From Eukaryota sp. GEM-RC1 (Eukaryota): a stretch of DNA of 64,000 bases. The DNA lies in contig JAUFOQ010000006.1 in assembly GCA_040285855.1 (NCBI GenBank), positions 1,922,001 to 1,986,000 on the forward strand, in the 5' to 3' direction. Made by a program: the position numbers and the translations under genes. This document shows positions 49,667 through 60,602 of this stretch, piece after piece. Under the pieces are notes generated by a model, which saw nothing but the letters and a program-made list of their open reading frames with translations, was not told where the DNA came from and ran no database searches. Position 1 is the first letter of the stretch. The number at the start of each line of letters is the position of its first letter.

Positions 49667-51582
49667 GTATGAATCATTACGTAAACCGTAACGTAATTGG
49701 TGTACAAAACACCAATTCTGTTTGAACGCTGTGTGGAATTTGATATATGGTTGAAGGTGTTGTATTATTTCTCAAGGAGTTGTAGTGTTTTTCTTTGTTT
49801 GTTGATCAAGATATTTGATTTTTATGAGAATAGACCAACTATGGGAGATTTACTAGTGATAAACTGCACAATAATAGATGAGAACAAAACTAAACCGCAT
49901 GTATTCGGAATTTTTGAGGACGGATTACATACGACATTTATACACCAGACCAGTTAGCCGTTGAATATGTATAGTTCATTGTGAGCGTCACTTTTGGTAG
50001 ATAGCTACTACTGAGACATCACATTTAGCGAGATGTGATGAGTTTCAATTCAGAAGAGCTACAAAATTCATGTGTTTTATCGCCAGTTGAGAAGATGATT
50101 ACATATACCAAAACCAATGTCACTAATACTGTTGGATTCTCTAGTAACCTTTATAAATCTGGGGTTTTCATTTTAGTTGCATTTTAGAACCCCATTCAAG
50201 AACACCACTACGAAGAACACTTTTTCTGTTTTCTACCTATCAACATACATTCTGTAGCAAAACATGCTAGTCCCTATGTCCCATTGTTTGTGAGGACCCT
50301 TAATCATGAAGAACCATGCTTCAAACAACAAAGCTCGTGTTATACATTGCTCTCAGTACCTGACAAACGTTCCTACATAGATCTAGAACTATACAATGCC
50401 TCATCGGTGCCACAGATATGGATATGAGTGTTGTCATCAAGTTTGTGTATCCACATTATGTTTTGTCCTCTGTATATGTCTGTAACAATACTAAAAACCA
50501 ACAACATATTTGAGGGTCCCTATCTTATATAAAAACAGACATTTTTCATGTTATTTAACAGATATCTATGGGTCTTTATTGAAAAGATTACAAGCCGATA
50601 TGGATTAGAGTTGCCGTTGACTGGACTCGAGTCAAAAACTCTAAGTACACTCGGGCACAGACTCGAGTCGCGCCGATCGTCACACACACAAACCAATTGT
50701 TCTCAAGTGAAGAAGATGTTGACCTCTTTGTCAACTTCGAAAGGAGTTGGGGTATAAACATTGAGTACAGGAACCTGGAGTACATAAATAAGAATGTTCC
50801 TTGTCAGGCTACTGAAAAATTGTACAAACTAAGAGACTGACGAGATGAAAGAGTGGGCGGAGGAATGTTAAAAGGTTGACCACTGTCTTCAGGAAAGATC
50901 AGAGGCTTCTTACATGGAGGGGAAACAATTTGATGGGCTACAACATGGAATTACGATGAGCATAAATCTGCTTGAAGGACGTAATGAAGAGAGGGGGGGA
51001 ATGGTTGGTTGCTCTCAGTCTTGAAGACATGAAAGCAGGGGATTTAGAGAGGGTAGATCTTGAGAAGGGTAGATCTTCTGAGCGAAATAGAAGACTTGAA
51101 ACGATAGAAGATTTCTGAGATCTCGGAAACAAACTGTAAGGAACAAAACTCTTTCGGGAAGAATCAGTGTAAACGGTACAATGAATCCAGTCTTCAGGAT
51201 TGTATTAAGCTTCAATAAGTGATGAAATCAAGACCAACATTCGGATGACAAGATGTCAGTTGTACTTACTGATAATTCATTCAAGATCTCATCAGCACCA
51301 GTGAAATCGTTGGTTGAGAGAAATGGAGGATCTTCTGCTTCGGCCGAAGATGCTGAAAGGCGAAAAGACGAATTGAATCGAACATGTAGAGATGGTGTCT
51401 TCTTAGTAAATGTAGATAAGACATCCCAAAGTAAAATTAAAAAGAAAGATATATTGACAAGATCAACCTATACATTGTCCATGTAGAGGACACTGAAAAG
51501 TGAAAAATGAAGACAATCGTCAATAAATGTCTTGACTGACATGACACTGTAGACACATCTATAAATACCAACAACCCACAAA

Positions 51583-52127
51583 ATGGTCCATTTTTTTGCT
51601 CACATGTCGATGTTCATTGATTCGACGGCTATGAGAGGCCTGTTTTTGGTGGGAAAGTCATCCTATCAAATCAGGTGGAATTCTACAGAAGCAACTTCTG
51701 TAGATATCTTGTATCCATACAGCCTGGGTGGGACCGGGCGGCAATATGCTATTCAAAGGCATCATTGTTCAAGCAAAACCCCAAGGAAGGCATTTTTGGT
51801 CATTGATCCAATTCAATCCAAATTTTTTATTTTTTCGAAGTCGAGGGTTTTTTATGGGAGTATGTGTGTTGTTTTTGGCAGTCAGGCCTATCATTTTTAC
51901 ATGCCCAGCATGGTGATAGAACCACCAGGGCAACACACTGCTTTCCAGCCCCCAAACTTGCCTCCTTGTAAAATTCAGTGGATCGGTGGTGGTGGTGGTG
52001 GTTTTGGTGGTGGTGGTGAAATTTTATTGAAGTGTCGTTTTTGCAAATTTCTGTCAGTTTTGATTGTAGACTGCAGTTCAAAATTGATCTTACGTCTGAT
52101 GGTGATGTGGAATCCAATCCAGGTCCA
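51583..52127 (+). CDS. Putative leader polypeptide (Gly-rich) ending in a 2A-like peptide
   Basis: ATG at 51583 follows TATAAATA (51560). ORF 51583 joins the 2A frame if one base is added after 52020 (e.g. T-run 52022-52025). No recognisable domain. Confidence 0.35.
52086..52127 (+). other. 2A/StopGo ribosomal skipping peptide motif DLTSDGDVESNPG|P
   Basis: Exact D(V/I)ExNPGP consensus (52104-52127) with the upstream DLTxDG typical of viral 2A peptides; same strand as, and 128 nt before, the exonuclease-Fanzor ATG. Confidence 0.8.
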
Positions 52128-52255
52128 CAATCTAATCCCAATTCTGATCCCATCGGTACAAGATTGAGTGTTCCTTTTATTCGACTTGATGATTCGACTT
52201 CCATTGTTCCCCCCTGTTAAAAAAAAGTCGAGTTGATAGTAGTTCTAGTCCTCCA

Positions 52256-55200
52256 ATGTCCAATCTCGAAATTTTAGCAAGAGTTGCCAAAAAGGCTCAA
52301 GTTGAGGCCAAATCGCGGAGAGCTCCCTTGAAAATTAATGGACAACGCCTGTCTAATAGAGTTTTTCCTGCTAAGAAATCTTGTCTCAAAGCTTTGAGGA
52401 AAATTAAGCCACATGACAACAACGAAAAACAGAATTTGATTGAATTCGGATGTGCTCAAGAACACCCTAATACTTATGCTCTTCCAAAAATTATGTCTAT
52501 TGACCTGGAGACAATGCATCATGATGATGAAATTCCAACAGCTATTACGGAGGAATTTAGTAAGCTTCGAGGAAAGGAATCGCTGAAGTTAAAAAAGATG
52601 AATTCAGAAGAGCATGATCGATGGATTGCTAGCCAAAAAGTTATGTCAGTTGCATTAATTTTTGGCCGTTTTAATGAAGAAAATTTTTACGAAGAAAAAT
52701 CAATTATTATCTGTGTCAACCTTTGTGCAACAAACCTACCTTCTCCAATTGAATGCAGTTTATCCCCAAGAACTGAAATCTATGTTGTGCCCAATGAGTT
52801 GGTCCTGCTCCATATATTGATGGACGTGATTCAAGATTACCAGCCAAATTTCATTACTGGTCACAATATTATTGGATTTGACTTCAAAGTTTTGGAAAAG
52901 CGTTTCCAGTTTTATCAGTTCCCATGGCCTGTTAATGTCCAAGAATCCAACCTTAATCCTTTATCTAAAAACTGGCGTGAAGTTGTTAAAAATAAACACG
53001 GATACTTGATACTTGATACTTTATTGTTTGCAAAACGTTTTCTCACAATGAAATTTGGAAACGATTTACCATCTCTTACACGAAATCTGATACACGAATT
53101 TTGTCTCAGACTTAAAAAGGAAGAACTTGGAAATCTTTTGCCCATTGATTGTTGGTGTGAAAGTACACTGGTATCTCTCTTAGTTGATTACAATTATCAA
53201 CACGCCAACTTAACTTTAAAACTTTGTATGCTCTTTCAGAGAGAAAAATTTATTCTTCCAACTTATAGAATGGTAAAGTCTACTCTTCCACGAATTTTGA
53301 AGCATCGTGATGTCTTTGAAAACATTGTGCAGCTAGCACCTCAATTTCACGAACTTCGTCGCCATACCCTACAGTGCCTGCAATTGTTTTTATCAGCAAG
53401 ATTTGAACGTGGCGAAGCGTTACCTGAAATTACTGAACAAATGATTACGTCTGTAATGACTCGAATAAATTATCTCTGTGCCCAATTTTATGGTCAGCCC
53501 TATAAACGGCCCAGTAGTGCAATTGATGCGGACTTAGAACGATTTGTCATGGGAAAAGCACAATTCGACAGCAACTCAATTCACAAGGGCTATCGTATTC
53601 AGTTAGAAGCAAATGAAGGCCATAACTTTCCAATGTTTCCTCCTCAAGGCTTCTCTAGACCACCAGAATACATTGCTCCAGTACTCCTGTGTAACATTAA
53701 CAACAACTTGAAACTCCACTTTGAAAAACATATTAATCGTTTCATTAACGTATATTTTGGAAAAAACAGTCTGAAGAAGAAATTTCAAATTTAATTAAAG
53801 AGCTGCCAAAAGAAGAACGACCTGATTGTCAACAAACTTTAACTTTGTATCGTTTTGCTCTTCGACAGATTAAAGACATTTTTACTGCTGAATCTGTCGA
53901 TAACTTCAACTTGTTACTTTCAAATCAATTTTGCCTAGAAAAGTTTGAAGAAGATTGGAAGGATAAAGCAGGGGAAAAAGGAATGACACCTCACGAACAA
54001 GACTTTTTATACGATGCCTTTATTTACCCGTATGTCGTTGAAAAATTTGAAATTTTGCAGAGATCACCTCCTTTTGAATTAAGAGTGCTTCGACCATTTA
54101 CTAAAATTTTGGAACTCGAAAAAAAGCCTCAATTATTCATGCCGGCAGCCATAACTATGAATCGTTATGTGAAGGAGAAAGAAGCAGCGGCTTTTCATTG
54201 GTTTCCCGCTGTAACCACGGTAATCCCAGGCTACTTTCCTATTGATACTAGAACTTTGTGGAGTATCGTTAGGCAAAACAAAAAAACCAAGGATCTGAAG
54301 TTCATGAACAACCAGGCTGAGGTGACCAAGTTCAAACCAAAAGACCAACATGATTTTTGGAAAATGTTTGTAAACTTCGATTTAAAAGAATTCAAAAAGA
54401 AAGATTATGTGTTCAACAACATTATCCACAGTGACGGTCAAAACTGTTCACTTGAGTTAGTTAGGCGTGACTTTGCTGGTGAAAAAGAGGTAAGGATGAT
54501 TTACAAGGAAAGATTAAAGAAGTTTATTGTAAAGACTTGAGAGCAGAAAAATTTACAACAAAAAAAGTAGTTGTCTGTGACCCTGGAAAAAGGGATCTAC
54601 TTTATTTTGGTGTAAGAAATGAAGAACAAATTCAAGAAAACAAGTGTAATTGGCTGCGACTGACACAATGCAAATGGACTGTGGTAGCAAGAAAGCAACA
54701 ACACCTGCTAAAAGGTGCCAGAAGAAAGTTCAAAGTTAGACCATCAAGAAATAGATCAAATCAAGATTCTGAAAGTACTCCACCGCTCACAATTGAAGAA
54801 ACTGATAGCTTGCTTTCAGGATTAAGTCCAAAATCTGCCACGTTTGCTGATCTCGAAGCTTGGGTCCAGGCCAAAATGAAACAAGTGACGTCAACCGCTT
54901 GGTTTTACTGTTCTGCCTTATGGCGCATCCAAAAAATGCGTTCCTACATCCATAAGCAGAAAGTAGAGTCCTGGTTGTTGAAGTCACTCGAATCGACTTT
55001 TGGACGAAGAAGAGAAGAACTACTGATCTGTATGGGTGATTTTGGGGCAAATGGTCAAGTAAATTTGAAACATCACAGACCGACAAGAGGAATCGGATGG
55101 CGGTCTTTCTTGAGAAGAAATGGATTTGAAGTCGTTTTATTGAATGAAAAGAAAACGTCCAGTTGCTGCCCAGATTGTGAAAGTGAGGTGAAGAAGTTCC

Positions 55201-55404
55201 ATAAGATCGAGAATCCAAGACCCTACAGAAGAGAAAAAACTCCAAAAGTGCTTTTGTCATGGTCTACTTGAGTGTCGAAGCGAGAATTGTAGAGGATCAA
55301 GCGAGAGAAAGTATTGGAATCGTAATCAGCTTGCGTGTTTGAATATGTTGAGAATAGTAGATGGGTATAGAGAAGGAAGAGGAAGACCTGAATATCTCTC
55401 GTAG
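52256..55404 (+). CDS. Family-B DNA polymerase 3'-5' exonuclease domain fused to Fanzor1 (TnpB-like RuvC), ~1,050 aa reconstructed
   Basis: ExoI SIDLET, ExoII GHNIIGFD, ExoIII YNYQH. Then Fanzor1 blocks: MVKSTLPRILK, NNLKLHFEKHINRFINVYF, WFP..TVIPGYFPIDT, IHSDG.CS, RuvC-I VCDPGKRDL, GDFG..PTRGIG, RuvC-II LNEKKTSSCCPDC, HGLLEC..C, RuvC-III WNRNQLACLN. Three single-base breaks in A/T runs (~53761, ~54482, ~55252). Confidence 0.88.
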
Positions 55405-55545
55405 TTAGTAACGTAGTATAACTTTCCCCGGAGGGAGTATGCAGAGATGTATACTGTATTGCCTTCGGATTTTGTAGAGTAATTAAGGAAGATGTGTGAA
55501 AACAGTCCTCGGACTGAGTAGAAATGCATTTGAAATGAAATACAC
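55405..55545 (+). ncRNA. Putative Fanzor omega-RNA scaffold (locus 1)
   Basis: Directly 3' of the Fanzor stop. Hairpins AGTATGCA-GAGA-TGTATACT and CAGTC-CTCG-GACTG. Block ATGCATTTGAAATGAAAT(A/C)CAC is shared with the second Fanzor locus. Confidence 0.7.
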
Positions 55546-55679
55546 CTTTAGATTTGAAATTACGAGCTTGTCGTTTTATCAACGGATGTTGTCTTGACAC
55601 ACTTTATACATCTGACACAATAGTTATCATGAGTCAAAAGAGTCAGTGTTACACGAGTTCATGTACATGTAGTATGAAT

Positions 55680-56269
55680 CATGGAACGCAAATGTTCCGT
55701 ACCGCGGCGATTTTAGGCGTACCGTACCGTACCGTACCGTACCGTACGTACGTACGGTACATGTACCGGTACTGTACTTGGGACCGACTAAAATCAACCA
55801 TTACTGTTTTGAACATGATTATCCAATGTGAGATTTTAACAGTTACCATCGTCATAAATTCTACCGTTAGACATTGCTCAGGATATCAAAATCCTGATTG
55901 TCACATCTATTCAAATTTAGGGTACGTCATTTGCTGACCACAACTTCCCCAAAATGAGTTGTTTACGTAAGAACCTCAGCAATCGCTCGAAATCAACAAT
56001 AGTAGTAGCTTCTTCGAATTGCAATGCATTTATTGAGTGGCTACGACGGAATATAACAATGATACAGGGCCCAAAAACCCACAGATTGGATTTCTAAACG
56101 ATCAGATGATGCAGTATCAATTGGCACTAGTACTGTGTTTGACTAGTGAATCTCAAAAAATAGTATTTGTAAATCCATTTCGATCATTCATAAATAGGCT
56201 TTTTATAAAATCAAAGGACATCGGTACGGATAAAATAAATCGGTACGTACCAAAGATTTGCGCACATTG
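55680..56269. mobile_element. Degenerate hAT-type MITE, 590 bp
   Basis: Weak TIRs CATGGAACGCAAAT / CAATGTGCGCAAAT; flanks GTATGAAT / TAATGAAT (6/8); left (CGTAC)n repeats mirrored by CGGTACG on the right. Confidence 0.5.
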
Positions 56270-56669
56270 TAATGAATACACACGAATAATAAACACTTTG
56301 ACTTATTGTTCGGATGTTTGAAACTTATTCAGAACGACAGGCGATGCTACAAACTTGAGAAGAATTTAACAAAGCAGTTTAACTTGCAGATGACAAAACT
56401 TGTAGATCTAAGTCTACTTAATTCGGAACATGTCATCTTCAAAAATCTAGCAACAACACTTGTTCTGTTACAACAAATCTATCTCTCAACTTCTCTGTAT
56501 ACCAGTACATTGTACCACAATACGATTGGTATAAAAGACATTAATAATTGATGTATTATATCAAACAAATTTAATGAATACACCGTAAAAATCGCTGTAT
56601 TTAACAAACTTTAAATAAAAGAGCAGAATAAAACCAATAAAATAAAACACTAAAAAATGTACATGACCA

Positions 56670-58355
56670 CTAATCCATTTGATAATTGAACTGAGAATAA
56701 ATATAATGAAGAATATCGGATCGAATTTCATTATCTTCAAGGTTAATGCTAGTCAAAGTATTGTTACTCCTAAGAGTTGAAGCTATCATTAATGCTCCCC
56801 GACTAGTTATTCCTGTATCCAAAAGATTGAGAGTTTCAAGAGAGGTATTAACCTTGAGAAGATCGCTCCACTCCTTGGCACCAGCATCACCAATGTTATT
56901 GAACCACATATTTAAAAATTTTAAATTTGTGTTTTCCTTTAACCCATCAATGATAGCCTTGAGACCTCGCAAATCTATTCCATTGTCGCCTATTCGAAGA
57001 TGACAAAGCGGATGATTTGATTTTAAAATATCTCCAATAATTGAAATACCTTGAGAACCGATATTATTTGTCTCAATACACAATGAAATTATCCGTCCAC
57101 TGTCTCTAATTGCCGAGAGAATCTCCTGAGATCCTTTAGGTCCAATGTGATTGTCCCCCACATCAACATTACTCAAACTACAGTCTTGACTTCTCAAGAA
57201 ATCAGCCAGAACAATAGCACCCTTTTCTCCAAAGTTATTTTCTCCTAAATCAATCTTGGTTACTGATGTGTTGACCTTCAAGGCCTTAATCAGATTCTTT
57301 AAACAACATACATCGACTCCAGTATTCCTCAAACCAATAGATTTAAGAACGTTATTGTGTTCTAGCGCAGTGCATATATAGCCAATGCCTTCAGTACCAG
57401 CATCAGTGAATCTAAGATCAAGGTCAATCAAACTTGTGTTTGATTTGATTAGGTTTCCGATTGCCATTACACCCAGCACGTCGAACGAATTCTCACCAAT
57501 CGAGAGCTCTTTTAATGTCGTATTATGAGCTAGTGATTGAGCTATGGCAGTCGCTCCTTCATTCCCTATACTGTTAACTCCTAAATCAATAGAAACAAGT
57601 GATTTGTTTGCAGTCAAAGCTCCAGCTAAAGCGAAAGCTCCTTCGTTCTTGAACTTGTTACACCACAACTTAAGCGACGACACAGACTTATTGACCTTCA
57701 AAGCATCTGAGATCAACCTGGCTCCTTTTCTCCCAAACTTGTTCGTCCCCAGATTCAAATCAGTGAGAGTGTTGTTTGATTGAATTACAGAAGCTAAGGC
57801 AGTGGCTCCCTTACGTCCAAGGTCGTTGCAACGAATGTCAAGAACTCTAATGGAAGTGTTACTAGCTAGTAGAGTGCAGAAGGGTTCTATGAGATCTTTG
57901 GTTATGCTACGGATAAGGTCTATTTTAATGAGATTGGGGCAGAAGAATTTGGATGAGGGAGAGATGAGATCAAAGCTAGTACAACGAAGTTCAACCATTG
58001 AGACAGAAGAGAGGGGGAAAGGAAGGGAGCTAAGAGATTGAAGGTCAGGAAGTTCACCAAGTTCAATATGAAGGGGGTCTACGTTGAACATGTTGTAGAA
58101 GCTACGCCAAGCTTGATATTCTTCAGAACCAACAACAATTGTACGGGATTGTAGGATGGAGCGAGTAATAGACATACATGAGTGAAAGAAGCGGTTACTT
58201 ACAAAGCCGTAGTTTGAGAAGAGTTTTGATATGGATGATGTAAACTTTTCGGTCCAATATAGACCAGGTAAACGGTACATACGACCATAGCAGTGTTTTA
58301 ACACTAAGAAAACAATACTGTCAGAGCAATAGAAAGAAGGACATTCAATTGGCAT
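56670..58355 (-). CDS. RNI-like/NLRC3-like leucine-rich repeat protein
   Basis: About 14 28-aa repeats of type N.TL..L.L..N.IG.EGA.AIA.AL; likely start MPIECPSF at 58355. Confidence 0.9.
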   Translation of the reverse strand: MPIECPSFYCSDSIVFLVLKHCYGRMYRLPGLYWTEKFTSSISKLFSNYGFVSNRFFHSCMSITRSILQSRTIVVGSEEYQAWRSFYNMFNVDPLHIELGELPDLQSLSSLPFPLSSVSMVELRCTSFDLISPSSKFFCPNLIKIDLIRSITKDLIEPFCTLLASNTSIRVLDIRCNDLGRKGATALASVIQSNNTLTDLNLGTNKFGRKGARLISDALKVNKSVSSLKLWCNKFKNEGAFALAGALTANKSLVSIDLGVNSIGNEGATAIAQSLAHNTTLKELSIGENSFDVLGVMAIGNLIKSNTSLIDLDLRFTDAGTEGIGYICTALEHNNVLKSIGLRNTGVDVCCLKNLIKALKVNTSVTKIDLGENNFGEKGAIVLADFLRSQDCSLSNVDVGDNHIGPKGSQEILSAIRDSGRIISLCIETNNIGSQGISIIGDILKSNHPLCHLRIGDNGIDLRGLKAIIDGLKENTNLKFLNMWFNNIGDAGAKEWSDLLKVNTSLETLNLLDTGITSRGALMIASTLRSNNTLTSINLEDNEIRSDILHYIYSQFNYQMD

Positions 58356-59759
58356 GATGAGGAAGGGAAGAAGAAGTAAAATTTGAAATCTCTTCGATTT
58401 GCTAACATTGGGTTTTACAAAATTAATAAAGACAGAGGTATAGATAGACACAGTAACAGTACTGTGTCTCAGGTGACCTCCATTATTAGACTGCATACGT
58501 AGCGTTATCGACTACAATGTACATGTATATCTCCAAATTGACATTAACAACAACCATTTGAAAATTCACCCGAACAGTCGATTAGTACTGGACAAAACTT
58601 CAACTGCAAGGAGAGCACTAAGTGACTGTTGTTATAAAACCAGATGGATGGAAAATTTGAAGCAACATTTTGAAAGGAAGTTATTTCCGTGAATCACTCG
58701 AACTGATATATGTTATGTTTATAGACGAAGTGGACGACAATATATGTCAAAATAGAATATATGAAACACTAGACGGAAAATTGTAGGTCAAAAGTATTTT
58801 AGTTCTTTTACAACTCAACTCCGTGATAATTGATTTAACATTTCTAGGGGTAGATCGAAACAGATAAAAAACTCAAACGGTTATCCTGTTTTTCAGTTGT
58901 TTCCAGATCGTGAAAACATTTTGAAGTGATGATGTTAACATATATTTGACCACATTAGATGTATTGTTGTAACAGCAATAATTATTTGACTGGAATCAAC
59001 AAAAAGGACCATGTAGGGCAGCTCGACCAGAATTATTAATCAAATCAAGACCATTCTTATTAATTTGTATTTAAACATCCATATATCGTCACAGAGTTCC
59101 TTCTATGAGAAACACTCTGGCAGCACGAGTCCAGGAAAACAAGCTGCAGCGTTTAAGTGCAACTTCTAGAGAATCCAAAAACATCGACTTATCATCAAGT
59201 CTTATTATCAAGAACTGCCATTCTGTCAGAAAGGTTTCTGAAAAAGCACTACAATAGTCACGTTTAAGTTTTGTGTTACACTGTATTCAAGTGGATAACC
59301 TCATTATTGCATATGTAATTATGTAAAAGAACTAAAATTTGATATCATCAAAACAACACCCGTCGCTATCAAATCGTACAACAGCTTTGTTCTCATAAAA
59401 GGAACTCACAGCTAGTAAAACGTTGGTGGACATGATAGGAATTGTTTTAAAAAACTGTAGAACCGACGCGGTTCAACAATAACATAAGATGAATACGTAA
59501 ATTCATAAAGGGTTAGTTCATTCAGATTAACCATTTTCACAATCAACTCAATGAATAGGGATCAATTTGGATGTTTGATCTTAATTTGGTACTTGAAACC
59601 AGTATAAGAATAGTCAACACAGTAGAGGCTACAACGAATGTGTATGGTCCAATTTACGTGTAATATAATCTAGGTGTAGAAACTAAAAAAACGGGGTTTA
59701 TGATCAGTCAGTGAAATAAATGCATTTACAGAAGTTAATAACTAACAGACACTAACTAA

Positions 59760-60602
59760 AGTATCTAAACTATGATCCTTCTGTCCATCATCGAACAACT
59801 TACCTAAAATTGAATTATAATATCTGTGCATTGAACGAAACAACGCAAAAATATCCTACTCAACCAAAAATTTTCATTGAAAACTTTACCGTACCCAGAA
59901 CACAATTTACCAAAGGAAGTTAAAAATCTTGTGCAGCTGGTCCAATATTACCGTATATCGACATCGCAAAAGGTTGAAACACAAAAGAATTGTACCTGTC
60001 AACATTCAACTGGTTAATTAAGTGACAGTACTTTGTTTTTTTTCCTTTTCCAGCCACTTCAAGAGCAGAAAAATCATCATCAAAAATTTTGGAAATTGAT
60101 CTTGAATTACAAGGATCAACAGTCGTGAAATCCATGATAATTTCCTGACAAGATAACCAAGGACCAATCAAATCACCACGACTTCTATCAACTTTTGGCT
60201 GATCAGAAAGATTAGCAAGTAAAGGTTTAATTTTTCCATGAAAACCATTAGCCTTAAACATATCCAAACATGTATCCCGGATACCGTTGTGAATAATTGA
60301 TCTAAAATGAATAAATTTATGACAGTTAACTAAATGATGAAAATTTGAAGCCTTTGAACGACCACAAAGACATGGAGAATGCTTCAAAAGACCTGAAGGC
60401 CATAAACCTAACCTAAGTCTCATGTTTATACACCATTCATGATCCTTAAGATTAAAACAAAATTTTCTTGACCAACGAGAAACAAATGAAGACGCAGTGC
60501 TTGAAGAAATATCATTCAAAAAGCACAAAAAGCGGGACTCTTAGTGCGGGACTCTCTTGCCAAGCTAATATATGTAGAAACTTAATCAGTGAGTAAACAC
60601 CC
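59760..60602 (-). mobile_element. 3' fragment of a CRE-like non-LTR retrotransposon, abutting the Fanzor locus 2 end
   Basis: ORF 59920-60528: WCINMRLRLGLWP, CLCG..HLVNC, IHNGIRD, RGDLIGPW and FQPFAMSIYG. Upstream TATTAGCTTGGC (ISLA) matches the 464-2140 copy. The 5' boundary is uncertain (60570-60602). Confidence 0.75.

Noticed and set aside
50548..51486. Short ORFs upstream of the Fanzor unit as a possible transposase or recombinase partner
   Set aside because: Fragmentary in all frames, with no recognisable DDE, tyrosine/serine recombinase or HUH motif.
51827..52204. Minus-strand ORF with a poly-His tract
   Set aside because: Antisense shadow of the (GGT)n Gly-rich tract.
52256..53260. 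Complete DNA polymerase B or Polinton/virus gene
   Set aside because: No polymerase palm motifs (DxxSLYPS, YGDTDS) follow, and there are no capsid, ATPase or Polinton integrase genes. Only the exonuclease domain is present.
55717..55775. (CGTAC)n palindromic microsatellite as part of the omega-RNA or an origin
   Set aside because: It lies beyond the conserved scaffold end, has no counterpart at Fanzor locus 2, and fits subterminal repeats of the 55680-56269 MITE.
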